Shown here piece after piece: positions 23,857 through 33,338 of a DNA stretch of 64,000 nucleotides. The position numbers and the translations under genes are program-made. Location of the stretch: IMG/VR virus record IMGVR_UViG_3300031669_000001, positions 281,070-345,069 of that record; one strand, written 5' to 3'. The notes beneath the pieces are model-generated. The model had not been told where the DNA came from. It saw nothing but the letters and a program-made list of their open reading frames with translations, and did not search any database. Position 1 is the first letter of the stretch, and every line of letters starts with the position of its first letter.

Positions 23857-24686
23857 AGCGAGGTTGGAACCTTGAGCTTCTTGTTTTTGATTCCTAAATG
23901 AGCCTGCTTGAGAATGTCCTCATACTTTTCAGCGTGAAGAAATTTAGGGGACCTGATGGCCTTGAGAGTGCCTTCAAAGGTCGATACTTGTTTAGGTGTT
24001 ACTCCGGGACCAAACATCAACTTGGTCACCTTCGTTGGATCATCTGACACTACTTTCTTTTCAATCGTAGCAAAGTTCTTTCCTACCTTACCCTTCACGT
24101 TTACTCTAGACCTAACACCAACCATCAAACCTCTAGCGAGATCGTAGAAGTAACGCTTCACTTCTAGAGGCTCTCCCTTGTCGTCTTTCTTAAGGATTGT
24201 TTGTGGCATGTACTTCGCGATCGCGAAGAAGAGTTCGTTGCGCTGAGCACCTTTAAGACCATCTGCAAGATCTACAGGGTTAGCTTGATAGGACCACTCT
24301 GCGAAGTTGATGTTGTTGACAGGCATCAAGTCAACCTGTACGAGCTTGTCACCAACCGGGTACGCGAAGGAGAATACTCCAATGCCCTTCATGATTCTGG
24401 ATGAGTGATTTCCCGCCAGCTCTTTTAGATGTTCATCGATGACGTTAGGATCACACTCGACCGCAACATCTAGATCTCCAGAGAGATCTGAATCTTGAGG
24501 TTTCTTTCCTGCAGAACCAATCAGCTTCACCTTGCTAGGTGATAGGCTTAGGATCGATTGAATGTTCTTGATAAGTTCAGGAGCAACCTCACGAACTTCA
24601 GCTTGAGTGATCTCTGATACCCCCTTCAAGGCTTTGCCCCCTTCTGTGAGGAGTGAGGGTGATTGGCATAATTCGAGTAGCTTCAT
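23853..24686 (-). CDS. Pol-beta-superfamily nucleotidyltransferase-like protein
   Basis: LIGSAG...SGDLDVAV and VQVDLM carboxylate motifs; late-type GATAAATA upstream. Confidence 0.65.
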   Translation of the reverse strand: MKLLELCQSPSLLTEGGKALKGVSEITQAEVREVAPELIKNIQSILSLSPSKVKLIGSAGKKPQDSDLSGDLDVAVECDPNVIDEHLKELAGNHSSRIMKGIGVFSFAYPVGDKLVQVDLMPVNNINFAEWSYQANPVDLADGLKGAQRNELFFAIAKYMPQTILKKDDKGEPLEVKRYFYDLARGLMVGVRSRVNVKGKVGKNFATIEKKVVSDDPTKVTKLMFGPGVTPKQVSTFEGTLKAIRSPKFLHAEKYEDILKQAHLGIKNKKLKVPTSL

Positions 24687-24763
24687 GTAATCTATTTATC
24701 TGCAAACCAACACCTCCAACCAAAACACTGACCTCTAGATACAGAGATAAGTTGAAACCATTT

Positions 24764-25123
24764 TTAATAGGAATCAGCACAAATGTTGAATGCTTGAGCG
24801 TAAGGGATTCGATAGAGCTTGCAGATTTCATCAAGCGCGAACTTTGGAGTGTTACCTTCTTGAATGTATTCCTTGTAGTCCATCACTATCTTGTGAATGG
24901 ATGATGGAAGTAAATTTCGGAATTCAGGCTCATCATCGCTCATCTTGTGAGTTTGTTTGCCACCTATTTGATTGACCAATTTCCTCGGACGACCTCTGGT
25001 CTTCTTTACATCATTTGATTCTATCGGGTGATCGTGATCCCGAAAAGGTTTTCCAAGAATGTCAGCCCATAAAAGAGCTGAAACGTGAGGGCGAGAGGTG
25101 TCTATTGCAGTATCTTCTGTCAT
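24764..25123 (-). CDS. Hypothetical protein with AT-hook-like motif
   Basis: RGRPRK. Confidence 0.55.
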   Translation of the reverse strand: MTEDTAIDTSRPHVSALLWADILGKPFRDHDHPIESNDVKKTRGRPRKLVNQIGGKQTHKMSDDEPEFRNLLPSSIHKIVMDYKEYIQEGNTPKFALDEICKLYRIPYAQAFNICADSY

Positions 25124-25499
25124 TGTAATCTTTCTTATGGATTTAGTTATTCCAACTTCGTGGATTTACTCAACCGAGAGAATTTGCTGCTAGGTGAGCT
25201 GGAGGTGATGCGTTAAATCAGATGGTGTAATTGTGCTTTTGCTATCATGTCAGAGATAACTTTTTCACCTTTGAATACTTTCTTTAAAAGCTCGTCAGCT
25301 TCGTGATGTTCACGAGTAGCGATCAAATATGCATGATAGACAGCTAAAGTGTCAAAGCAAGATGGTCTTAGGATCTGTGCGGTCTTAGTATTGACTAATG
25401 CTTTTTCTTCTAGGTTAATCTTGATGTGACACATTCCAATTATTCTCATATTTGCTGACGAAATGCAATTGTTGAATTTCATTTCGTCAGCACGCTGGC

Positions 25500-25860
25500 G
25501 AACCAACGTGCTAGTTGTTAGATTTCTTTAATAAGGTAGAAAGCTTTCACCCTCTATTCTAAACCTCAGGCAACAATTAAGCTGCCAGAGCCAGAGCTCC
25601 GTTTGCGTCGTTTGCATTTACATGCTTGTCAGATTTACGGTCTGTACTCACCGAGTTGTAAAATTAAGGTACGTCCCTACTCAATCGAAACCAGGTACAC
25701 CCCCATTAGGGGGCACTAGTTACTTTGATCCGACCTGGGTTCAGGTGTTAATGCGAATCAGGGAGCTCTAGTGCTCGGTGGAGGTGGGGAGAATCGAACT
25801 CCCGTCTTGCGCAGCTTTCGCTTTTTCCTTTCAGCAGTTTCCTGCCATACAACCATCTTT
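25500..25860 (-). ncRNA. ssrA: Circularly permuted (two-piece) tmRNA; outer ends approximate
   Basis: Acceptor piece ends GACGGGAGTTCGATTCTCCCCACCTCCACC at 25777. Coding piece starts GGGGGTGTACCTGGTTTCGA at 25704. G3:U70 pair present; tag ANDANGALALAA-stop at 25615-25577. Confidence 0.9.
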
Positions 25861-26126
25861 ACTACTTGAATCCATTATAACAAATTGATACATGAAAGTA
25901 CATTATTTATTTGCGGGCTTTTGATTCCAATAGATAGTTGCGAGCGTGAGAAGAACACCCACACCCATTCCTAGGAAAAAAGCTGTGGAGTAGCACAGCA
26001 CATACTCTAAAATGATTTCCACGTTAAGCTCCAGCGATCAGAATAGCAAATATTACGAATGCAATGAAGAAATGACCTGTCACCAGGAATAGGAGCGCTA
26101 GGACTGCTAGGATCTGGACAGTATTT

Positions 26127-26681
26127 CTACTCATTTGTTTCTCCATAAAGTGTGTTAGGTAAACCTTTGCGTTGAAGCTTTGCACGAGAACGAGCAATCA
26201 ACGTTTCTGCTGTCGTTGGGTCCTTAACATCTCCAATAGTAATTGGTTTTACAGTCAAAACTTTCTTGACTTTCCTGTCCATGGATCCAACGATTCTTTG
26301 TTGCTTGTGTTTCAGCAGAGTTACCTCTCTGCATCGTCTAACTACGCTCTTGAGCTCGCCTATCAGAACGTTAGACATCAAGTTAATAGAAAGAGCGTCA
26401 GGCATCTCACAGCCGCCGCTACCAATGTACATCTCTTCGCGAAGCAGATTATCGGCGGTGTCTTCGATGTCGAGGCGCAGCTTACTCGATATGAAGTTGA
26501 GAGTTTTTACGCTCAACATTCCAGCCTCAGCTGCGCGGACAGCGTCGGCCATGATTGCTTGGACGCTATGAATCTTCACTGAAAGCTTTCTCGTGTACTT
26601 TGGATCATTGAGAAAGTTCAATCTGTCTGCTAGGTAGATCGCAGCTGGTGTCTTACCAAAGGTGTGCTTATCTAGATTCAT
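26127..26681 (-). CDS. Hypothetical protein
   Basis: 184-aa ORF in a coupled operon. Confidence 0.7.
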   Translation of the reverse strand: MNLDKHTFGKTPAAIYLADRLNFLNDPKYTRKLSVKIHSVQAIMADAVRAAEAGMLSVKTLNFISSKLRLDIEDTADNLLREEMYIGSGGCEMPDALSINLMSNVLIGELKSVVRRCREVTLLKHKQQRIVGSMDRKVKKVLTVKPITIGDVKDPTTAETLIARSRAKLQRKGLPNTLYGETNE

Positions 26682-26986
26682 TTTACTTGTGCCGTAAATT
26701 TTTGTGCTTTTGTTTGGAGTTCCTGAGCAAATGCATTTTGATTCATTCCAGCTATCTCAATGTGTAGCTCACATTTAGCGCCTGTTTCTGCATCAAGAAC
26801 TTCGTCGACGCTGTGGATTCTTCCTTCATTTTTCTCAACAAACAAGAAGTAGCTAAACAGCATCTCTAAAAATTCATCCTTCTTGCTACCAAGCACGCTG
26901 AATACGATGACAAGATCGTTTGCCTTTGGTGCAGGCTTCATCAAAGTTAACTTGATGAATTTTTCCTCATCATTTTTCCAGCTCAT
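26678..26986 (-). CDS. Hypothetical protein
   Basis: 102-aa ORF, ATGA overlaps. Confidence 0.7.
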   Translation of the reverse strand: MSWKNDEEKFIKLTLMKPAPKANDLVIVFSVLGSKKDEFLEMLFSYFLFVEKNEGRIHSVDEVLDAETGAKCELHIEIAGMNQNAFAQELQTKAQKFTAQVK

Positions 26987-27744
26987 TTCTTTCCCTTTAT
27001 AGGCTTTGGTATCGTTACTTTACGAACAGGTTTCACTTTACGCTGTGATCTAAAGGCGCTAGCTATAGTATCAGATGAGCTCCTTACTGGTGAACCTGTT
27101 GAGCTGTATTGTTCACCAGTTTCCAAGTCAACTATCACGTATTTTCCTGGACAATCAGTCGTGATTATGATGTCGACTTCATGATCTAACCCCTCGATGA
27201 CATTACCAGTCAAGAGCTTCCGCTGTAAACCTCCGCTAGCTTTGAGAGCTGATCTTGACGCTTGTACGCCTTCAAGCATCGTGTCAATCTGTGTTTTGTT
27301 ACAAACTTCTTCTGTGATAAGCCTGCGAAGCTTCGTTGAATCCATAGCTTTAACGAACGTTTCTGGCAAATCAGCTGGGCCAGATGCTACATATCGTCCA
27401 GAGGCGGTGATCGTTGGCTGATTATTCACCTTGATCTTACCTAGAACATCGAGAGCCTTTTTAAGTGCAAGCTCTTTCGTTATAACTTCACGAACCTCAA
27501 CCTTCACTTTACACGCTGTGTTGAAGAGCTTGGTAACCCTGATGCGAAGCTCTTTCATAAGATCTGTGTTCTGGTAGTTCACAGAATATTTGTAGCTTGG
27601 ATTTACAGAAAATTGTGCAGACTTAAAAGCCGGCCAAAAATCAATGGTGGATAGCTTTCCCGATGTCATTTGCTTGTACATGTTGTCAGCAACTTGCTGT
27701 AGTTCGTTTTCTGTCCACTTAAACTTATGCGCAGTCTTCGTCAT
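26983..27744 (-). CDS. Hypothetical basic protein
   Basis: 253-aa ORF. Confidence 0.7.
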   Translation of the reverse strand: MTKTAHKFKWTENELQQVADNMYKQMTSGKLSTIDFWPAFKSAQFSVNPSYKYSVNYQNTDLMKELRIRVTKLFNTACKVKVEVREVITKELALKKALDVLGKIKVNNQPTITASGRYVASGPADLPETFVKAMDSTKLRRLITEEVCNKTQIDTMLEGVQASRSALKASGGLQRKLLTGNVIEGLDHEVDIIITTDCPGKYVIVDLETGEQYSSTGSPVRSSSDTIASAFRSQRKVKPVRKVTIPKPIKGKK

Positions 27745-28075
27745 CTTCTTTTTCTCCGGGAGTTAAAAAGTTGTTCCAGCAAAGTTTCATTTCTTCGTTA
27801 AACTCTAACGTTTCGACGTTGAATGGGATTATCTCTAGAGTCTCCAAATCAAGTCTATCAAACCTAATACCCATCAACTCAGCAGCGTAAACAGGAATAG
27901 GTCCATCAAAGATTCCATTATGTTCAGGAACGAAGTCGATTTGGCACTTATCACACCAAAGATGCTTCGCGTATTCTGACCACTGTGTGTTCTCATTACC
28001 ACACTTACAAGGTGCTATGTCATACTTTCTTGGTGGCTGAACGTAGCACCAAGTTCGCTTAATCAGCTCTGCCAT
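27725..28075 (-). CDS. Hypothetical Zn-ribbon protein
   Basis: CKCG ... WCDKC. Confidence 0.65.
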   Translation of the reverse strand: MAELIKRTWCYVQPPRKYDIAPCKCGNENTQWSEYAKHLWCDKCQIDFVPEHNGIFDGPIPVYAAELMGIRFDRLDLETLEIIPFNVETLEFNEEMKLCWNNFLTPGEKEDDEDCA

Positions 28076-28512
28076 GTGGCGATGACGTCTTTCGCGATGC
28101 GCGCAGCGAGTCCGCCGTCATAACGACCCTCGTATTTGAACTTTAGAATCTTGAGCATCTCACCCATTGGCTTATTGGCAACGTCGAAGCCATTCACCTT
28201 GACGATGTCGATCAGAATTTCACGAATCTTTTCTTCGGTGAGTTGTGCAGGCAGGAAAGAATTGATCAGCTCTTTTTCAGTCGTAGCATCAACGAAGCGC
28301 TCATCACCTTCTGCAAGTAGAGGAAGAATTTGATCGAGGTTCTTGATGAACTTCTTTATCACGGCAATTGTTTCTGCATCGGTCGTTTCGCGACCTTCGT
28401 TCTTACCAACCATAGTTGCTTCAGAAAGAAGTGTGATCAGAGAAGCTGCCTTCTTGGATTCGCGATTTTTGCGCGCTGTGATAGACGCGGCTTTAATGTC
28501 ATCGAGAATCAT
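28063..28512 (-). CDS. yqeY: GatB/YqeY domain protein
   Basis: ARKNRE...LITLLSE, FLPAQLTEE, MGEMLKILK...GRYDG. Confidence 0.85.
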   Translation of the reverse strand: MILDDIKAASITARKNRESKKAASLITLLSEATMVGKNEGRETTDAETIAVIKKFIKNLDQILPLLAEGDERFVDATTEKELINSFLPAQLTEEKIREILIDIVKVNGFDVANKPMGEMLKILKFKYEGRYDGGLAARIAKDVIATWQS

Positions 28513-28746
28513 ATCGCGACAGCGTCTGCGTGAATCTTGCCAGGGAATTTTCCTGTTTGTGTGATGTGAATTCCGCGCTCTTTCAGCTCACGAGTCTTTT
28601 CAACCCATTGATGACGAAGGTTACGAGTGACGCGGGATTTGCCGTAGAGAATTTGAGATTGTTTGACAAGCGCTTTTATAGAGTTCATTTTCGTTCTCAT
28701 CTAAATTAGATGAGCTATTATAACACAGAGATCCAAAAAGTACACA

Positions 28747-28778
28747 AGAAAAAGCCCCAGTCTCTTGGCGACTGAGGC
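28747..28778 (-). terminator. Intrinsic terminator
   Basis: GCCTCAGTC-GCCAAGA-GACTGGGGC followed by TTTTTCTT. Confidence 0.7.
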
Positions 28779-28810
28779 GCTGCCACGTTCCAAAGCCTTA
28801 GGCAAAGGAA

Positions 28811-29203
28811 CTATTTAAATACCGAGAGTGAAGCCTTTGCTTTTAGACCTTCATCGTTAGCGCTCTTGATGATCTTGTCGTTCTTCAAGACTACCACGTT
28901 AACTAGCTTGTACATCCCCTTCGACGCACCACTTTGATCGTGAACGCCATGAAATTCTTTACCGATATCCTTTACGTAGCTGTCATAGGCATTACCTGAG
29001 CTAGAGATGAAAGCGAAGCGATTCTTTTCATCAGGCTTCTTGCAGACTAGAATCGTATCTTCGCTATCTTTCCACTCTGAAGCTGCGGTGATAATATCTA
29101 CCGTACGACGACCGTAAAGTGCCATGGTGGCAGGAAGAATTACCCAATCACGAACTCCATAACGACGCTCGTTGAGAGTTAAAAGCTCTAGAAGTAAGTT
29201 CAT
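28811..29203 (-). CDS. Hypothetical protein, possible internal virion protein
   Basis: N-terminal MNLLLELLTLNE leader. Confidence 0.65.
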   Translation of the reverse strand: MNLLLELLTLNERRYGVRDWVILPATMALYGRRTVDIITAASEWKDSEDTILVCKKPDEKNRFAFISSSGNAYDSYVKDIGKEFHGVHDQSGASKGMYKLVNVVVLKNDKIIKSANDEGLKAKASLSVFK

Positions 29204-29694
29204 TTTGAAGCTTCCAGCGTTTCTAAGGCGCTCTTGAGAACAGCCTTACGATCAGCTGAAAGATTTTTACCTGCACGGTTGATGTAGAAGTTTAATGCAG
29301 ATACAGCACCCTTCTTATCAGCGTGAGATGACTTTAACCATTTAACGATAGCCGATGCAGAACCGTCAGCAAACAGTCCTTCTGGAGGATGCTTTTTGGT
29401 TTTAACGTCGCCAGACCACTTCAGCTCCATCAATTGTTCTAATGAAAGATCATCTTCCATGGATTCGTGAAGGCGCTTTTTAGCAGCTTCCAAAGTTGCC
29501 TTGCGATCAGCTGAGAGCTTCTTGCCGGCGCGGTTGATGTAGAAGTTGAGAGCGCCCATTGCGCTCTTAAGATCTTTGTGGGACGACTTCAACCAAGATG
29601 CGATCTCAGCAGCAGATCCAGTTGCAAAAAGATCTTCAGGTGGGTGCTTCTTTGTCTTGACGTCGCCAGACCATTTTAATTCGGATAGTAACAT
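29200..29694 (-). CDS. Tandem DUF3175-like domain protein
   Basis: Two copies of KWSGDVKTKKHPPE...ALNFYINRAGK.LSADRKA. Confidence 0.75.
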   Translation of the reverse strand: MLLSELKWSGDVKTKKHPPEDLFATGSAAEIASWLKSSHKDLKSAMGALNFYINRAGKKLSADRKATLEAAKKRLHESMEDDLSLEQLMELKWSGDVKTKKHPPEGLFADGSASAIVKWLKSSHADKKGAVSALNFYINRAGKNLSADRKAVLKSALETLEASK

Positions 29695-29749
29695 GATGGT
29701 GATCTCCTTATGCGCTTATTTACTATAGGGAGATCGAAACGCGAAAAAT

Positions 29750-30142
29750 TTACAGCAACTTAAGGTGCCCAGTTATCGCGTTAATCTTATCATTCTCTGC
29801 AGGACCAACAGAAATGCATGTATTGGTTGGAACTCCACTGAATTCTGTTAACCCACTATCAGTGATCAGCGAGCAGGTTATTCCAGCAGCTTTAGCCTTC
29901 TCTAATAGTTCAAGAAGCTCGGCTTCACTGTTAACACCGCAACAGATCTTCTTGAACACTCCTTTCATGAGCCACTCATCCATCTCAGGCGTAAGTGGGA
30001 TCATGAGGTAACGTGCTCCTCCATTGGCAACAAAAACACTTCCACTATCAACAACGGGTTTCATAGAAGCGTGAGAACCTTGGGCTACCATCTTACCCTT
30101 GCGCATGTTGAGGTCGGTCCTCATTACAATGACCTGTTTCAT
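29750..30142 (-). CDS. pth2: Peptidyl-tRNA hydrolase, Pth2 family
   Basis: KQVIVMRTDLNMRKGKMVAQGSHA, DSGLTEF, GP...ITGHLKLL. Confidence 0.93.
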   Translation of the reverse strand: MKQVIVMRTDLNMRKGKMVAQGSHASMKPVVDSGSVFVANGGARYLMIPLTPEMDEWLMKGVFKKICCGVNSEAELLELLEKAKAAGITCSLITDSGLTEFSGVPTNTCISVGPAENDKINAITGHLKLL

Positions 30143-30453
30143 TCGTATGAATCTGCCTGTACGAGGATAACTTGGAATTGATTTTTACCAAGCTTGATGT
30201 TAACGCATGAATCACCAACTATCAGCTTTGTGCCGTCCCAACCTTTCTTGCGAAGTCTAACTCCACGCTGAATCTCATCCCAGCGCTCGCGTTTTTCCCT
30301 CACAAACTTTCTATTTCCTTCTCGGTTTATCTCGGCACTTTTCTCAGGATTCTTACGGCGCCAGCGAGCATTTGCTTTTCCACCCGGAGTTTCAGGACGT
30401 ATTTCGCCTTTACGAGGGCGGCCTTTTTTGTAGCCAGTAGGTTTGTAAGCCAT
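30139..30453 (-). CDS. Basic AT-hook-like DNA-binding protein
   Basis: KKGRPRKG; highly basic. Confidence 0.65.
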   Translation of the reverse strand: MAYKPTGYKKGRPRKGEIRPETPGGKANARWRRKNPEKSAEINREGNRKFVREKRERWDEIQRGVRLRKKGWDGTKLIVGDSCVNIKLGKNQFQVILVQADSYE

Positions 30454-30464
30454 TTTTGTACTTT

Positions 30465-30512
30465 CAAAAGAAATAGGGTGTTCATTATATCATGAACACC
30501 CTACAGAGTAAA
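30465..30512 (-). terminator. Terminator hairpin overlapping the -10 box of an early promoter
   Basis: TAGGGTGTTCAT-GATATA-ATGAACACCCTA followed by TTTCTTTTG; TTTACT...TATAAT promoter embedded. Confidence 0.6.
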
Positions 30513-30744
30513 ATTTATTTACGGTTGAATGCGAAAGAATCTTACGTTGGTGAGAATTTGACCATTTGAGGTGCTGAACAAACTTCCATAACCTTCGTAA
30601 CGACAGTCTTTGAAGAGGGTTCTACCGTCTGTAATGACGGTGAATCTACTCTGTCTTTGACCGTGAACTCCATGTAGTTCAAAGTCAATTGGAGTTCCTA
30701 CTGGATATTCTTTGTCGATCTCTAGTATAATTTTTGTCATTTTT

Positions 30745-31002
30745 TTATTCGCAGCTTTGAGCTACAGCTTCAAGTTGAGCTTCATAGCCTTTACGAATTT
30801 CTATCTCGGCTAAAGCTTTCTTCGTTTTGACGAAGACGTCATCCTTTACGTCACCGGTATCTGTCAAGGGCATGACAGGTTTAGGTGGCAAAGTTACCTT
30901 GCAAGGAACCGTAACTAAAACATTGTGATCGACTATTTGTGGTTTTGTAGTTCCACAACCCACCAAAAGTAAGGCGGCTAGTATGGTTATAAGTTTCATC
31001 AT
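30745..31002 (-). CDS. Outer-membrane spanin (Rz1-like lipoprotein)
   Basis: Lipobox LLVGC, Pro-rich PCKVTLPPKP, terminal Cys. Confidence 0.8.
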   Translation of the reverse strand: MMKLITILAALLLVGCGTTKPQIVDHNVLVTVPCKVTLPPKPVMPLTDTGDVKDDVFVKTKKALAEIEIRKGYEAQLEAVAQSCE

Positions 31003-31391
31003 TTTGCTCCTGTGATGTAGTCATTGTACAGAAGATTAGCTGACACACATAAATTCGCTGGAGCTGTAGCTTGAGCTAATAGAATGTCTTGAGCTTTTTT
31101 GCTGTAGTATTTGACTTTTGCATCTGCTGCAGCGAGCGCAACTTTTGCAGCTGCTTCTCTACTTGCTGCATCTGCTGCTAACTTTGCGATAGCGTCAGAG
31201 TCAGCTCTGATTTTCAGAACGAGGCCGTCATTCTGAGATTGAAGCACCGCGGTCGCAGTTACTTGTTGTGTGTATTGCTTGTGATAGTAGTATGTACCAC
31301 CACTCAATGCAGCGATCAAAAGCATGACCGCCAAGCCGATGTAAAGTGAAGTTGATCCACCAGCGAAAAATCCGAATAGCTTGCTGAACAT
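30999..31391 (-). CDS. Inner-membrane spanin (Rz-like)
   Basis: N-terminal transmembrane helix, Ala-rich coiled coil, C-terminal Cys; TATAAATA late promoter at 31419-31426. Confidence 0.8.
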   Translation of the reverse strand: MFSKLFGFFAGGSTSLYIGLAVMLLIAALSGGTYYYHKQYTQQVTATAVLQSQNDGLVLKIRADSDAIAKLAADAASREAAAKVALAAADAKVKYYSKKAQDILLAQATAPANLCVSANLLYNDYITGAK

Positions 31392-31431
31392 TTTAGTCTC
31401 CCTATAATATAGCAAGACTATTTATACGCTT

Positions 31432-31565
31432 TGGTTGTGAAGGTAGGGATCCAACCTACATCTACTGACCCATGGAATCAGCGCTTTTAAGATCTGTATC
31501 TCGGCTACATCGTAACGGATTTTTACCGTTACTCTCTTTTTGTCGGTCACTTTAAGCTACTTCAC
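31432..31565 (-). ncRNA. tRNA-like RNA with ~60-nt D-loop expansion
   Basis: GTGAAG/CTTCAC acceptor, GCTT/AAGC D-stem, CTGAT-TCCATGG-GTCAG arm, GTAGG-TTGGATC-CCTAC T-arm, ACCA end. Confidence 0.65.
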
Positions 31566-31595
31566 TGGTGCGCTCGGGGAGACTCGAACTCCCAC
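31566..31595 (-). pseudogene. Orphan 3' half of a tRNA-Leu
   Basis: GTGGGAGTTCGAGTCTCCCCGAGCGCACCA, resembling the 3' end of the tRNA at 32122-32206. Confidence 0.7.
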
Positions 31596-31606
31596 ATACT
31601 TCTCCG

Positions 31607-32122
31607 TTAACGCGTTGATCCAATCTCCTCGAGAAGTTCTTGTAACGTGATAGATGATTTACTACTCTTCGAGGCATTTGCCTTGTGTGGAATAAACTCA
31701 CAGTTTGCAGGATGAGAGATAATCCTCGGATCTATTTGATTCTTGAATCCAAAATCTATTGATAGTCTGTGATCTCTAACGACTCCGCTAGGATTCGTCT
31801 TCCTTGAATACATTCCATACTTTACTAATAGATCATAACCTTTGATAGTTTCGATTATGCCTGCCAAATTGAAAGTGCATTGCTCTTGATAGATCATCTT
31901 TTTCAATTTTGCTTCGTCGGTAACTTTGCGTTTACCGAGTTTTGTTTCTGACATACTTTGAATTCTGGGGTGACTTTCTTTCGTGAGACCTTTTGACCAA
32001 GTAGTTTTCCCTTTATTTGGAGAAGGTATAGGTTGAAGCCCATTTCGATGAATCAGACACCACCGATAATGAGCGTTCAAAGATTGAGCATTTGGGAAGT
32101 CTCGTTCACATTTACATTTCAT
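31607..32122 (-). CDS. Zn-finger plus HNH-like putative homing endonuclease
   Basis: CKCERDF..QSLNAHYRWC; RDH...HPANC...N..K; its ATG overlaps the tRNA CCA. Confidence 0.7.
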   Translation of the reverse strand: MKCKCERDFPNAQSLNAHYRWCLIHRNGLQPIPSPNKGKTTWSKGLTKESHPRIQSMSETKLGKRKVTDEAKLKKMIYQEQCTFNLAGIIETIKGYDLLVKYGMYSRKTNPSGVVRDHRLSIDFGFKNQIDPRIISHPANCEFIPHKANASKSSKSSITLQELLEEIGSTR

Positions 32123-32206
32123 GGTGCGACTGGGGAGAGTCGAACTCCCATGCCTTTCGGCACACGGACCTCAACCGTGCGCGGCTACCAATTACGCCAC
32201 AGTCGC
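32122..32206 (-). tRNA. tRNA-Leu(GAG), long variable arm
   Basis: CACGG-TTGAGGT-CCGTG; ACCA end. Confidence 0.9.
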
Positions 32207-32208
32207 AT

Positions 32209-32508
32209 TTAGTCTTTTTTACGCCTTATAAACGTTAAGTTACTAAGCAAGATAGCTCTTTCATAATCATCTGGACCTCCAACAAGAATTGAAGTACTAG
32301 ACATTGGATCGACTTTTACTATAGCTTCATCACCATTTTTACCGTGATAGAGATATAAAACGTCACCTTCAATCTTTCCTCCAGAAGATGATTTTGGAAC
32401 TTTTATGAACGTTAATTCACCAACCTCCGGCAAAAATTCATCATCAGTTTGAACTCTATCATATATTTTCGCTTCTTCACCGCCAGCATAAGGACCAAAA
32501 TAATTCAT
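32209..32508 (-). CDS. Hypothetical protein
   Basis: 99-aa ORF with SD. Confidence 0.6.
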   Translation of the reverse strand: MNYFGPYAGGEEAKIYDRVQTDDEFLPEVGELTFIKVPKSSSGGKIEGDVLYLYHGKNGDEAIVKVDPMSSTSILVGGPDDYERAILLSNLTFIRRKKD

Positions 32509-32698
32509 TTATGATTTCCTTCTAATGTGTTACATTCCAGTAGATCCTAAATCCAGCAATTGATCTTCCAGCTACAAACACGATGGTCACATAAGGAGCT
32601 TGATCACGCAACTTACGATCTATCTGAATCGTCGGCAGTGACCAAGCCTCTGGAACGTAAGCGGTCTGTTTTGAAGTTATCTTTTGAAACTCTATCAT

Positions 32699-32911
32699 TT
32701 AGTACAACTTTGGAGGCAACAGATTCGTTGCAAGACGCTTTTGATGGCGCTTCACTGCAGATGCATGCTTGCGCTTGCGTTCTGTTGTTGGCTTCTCATA
32801 AGCTTCACGATCTCTAAGTTCATTCAGCAATCCTGTCTTCTCGACAGCTCGTTTGAACCTGCGCATTGCAGACTCAAACGATTCATGTTCTTTCACATAA
32901 ATTTTTGTCAT
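32699..32911 (-). CDS. rpsU: 30S ribosomal protein bS21
   Basis: [39 protein letters not shown]...LPPKLY. Confidence 0.95.
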   Translation of the reverse strand: MTKIYVKEHESFESAMRRFKRAVEKTGLLNELRDREAYEKPTTERKRKHASAVKRHQKRLATNLLPPKLY

Positions 32912-33250
32912 TTATTCTCCAGTTACGCTTGGATAATCAGCATCGATCATGTCCAGATACGCTAGCGGGCTCATGCCTGGTTCCAAGATCTTGATGTTTG
33001 TGAATCCATTTTCTTCGGTGATCAGTGAATCTTTTTCGTCAATAGAACCACGAAACTTGCCATCACCTTTCTTATGCATGAGCTTTCCCTTTGGACCAGA
33101 GTCAGAGGGATCTACGGAACCCCATTGACGATGCGGATCGCCCATAGGTTCAACAAAGTATTTCTTGCCTGTACGAGGTGAATGATAGATGAAGCGACCC
33201 GTCTCATCAGTATGAGTGAGGAACTTTGTTACAATCTTGGGGTCAATCAT
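32912..33250 (-). CDS. Conserved phage hypothetical protein
   Basis: TDETGRF...RTGKKYFVEP...WGSVDP; the start may extend to 33337. Confidence 0.7.
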   Translation of the reverse strand: MIDPKIVTKFLTHTDETGRFIYHSPRTGKKYFVEPMGDPHRQWGSVDPSDSGPKGKLMHKKGDGKFRGSIDEKDSLITEENGFTNIKILEPGMSPLAYLDMIDADYPSVTGE

Positions 33251-33338
33251 TTTTCTTCTCCATATATCTTCTTCCAAGCAAGCTTCGCAGCGAGCGCGGT
33301 AAGGTACTCCATGTTTACAACTTCCAGTATCTTCCATA

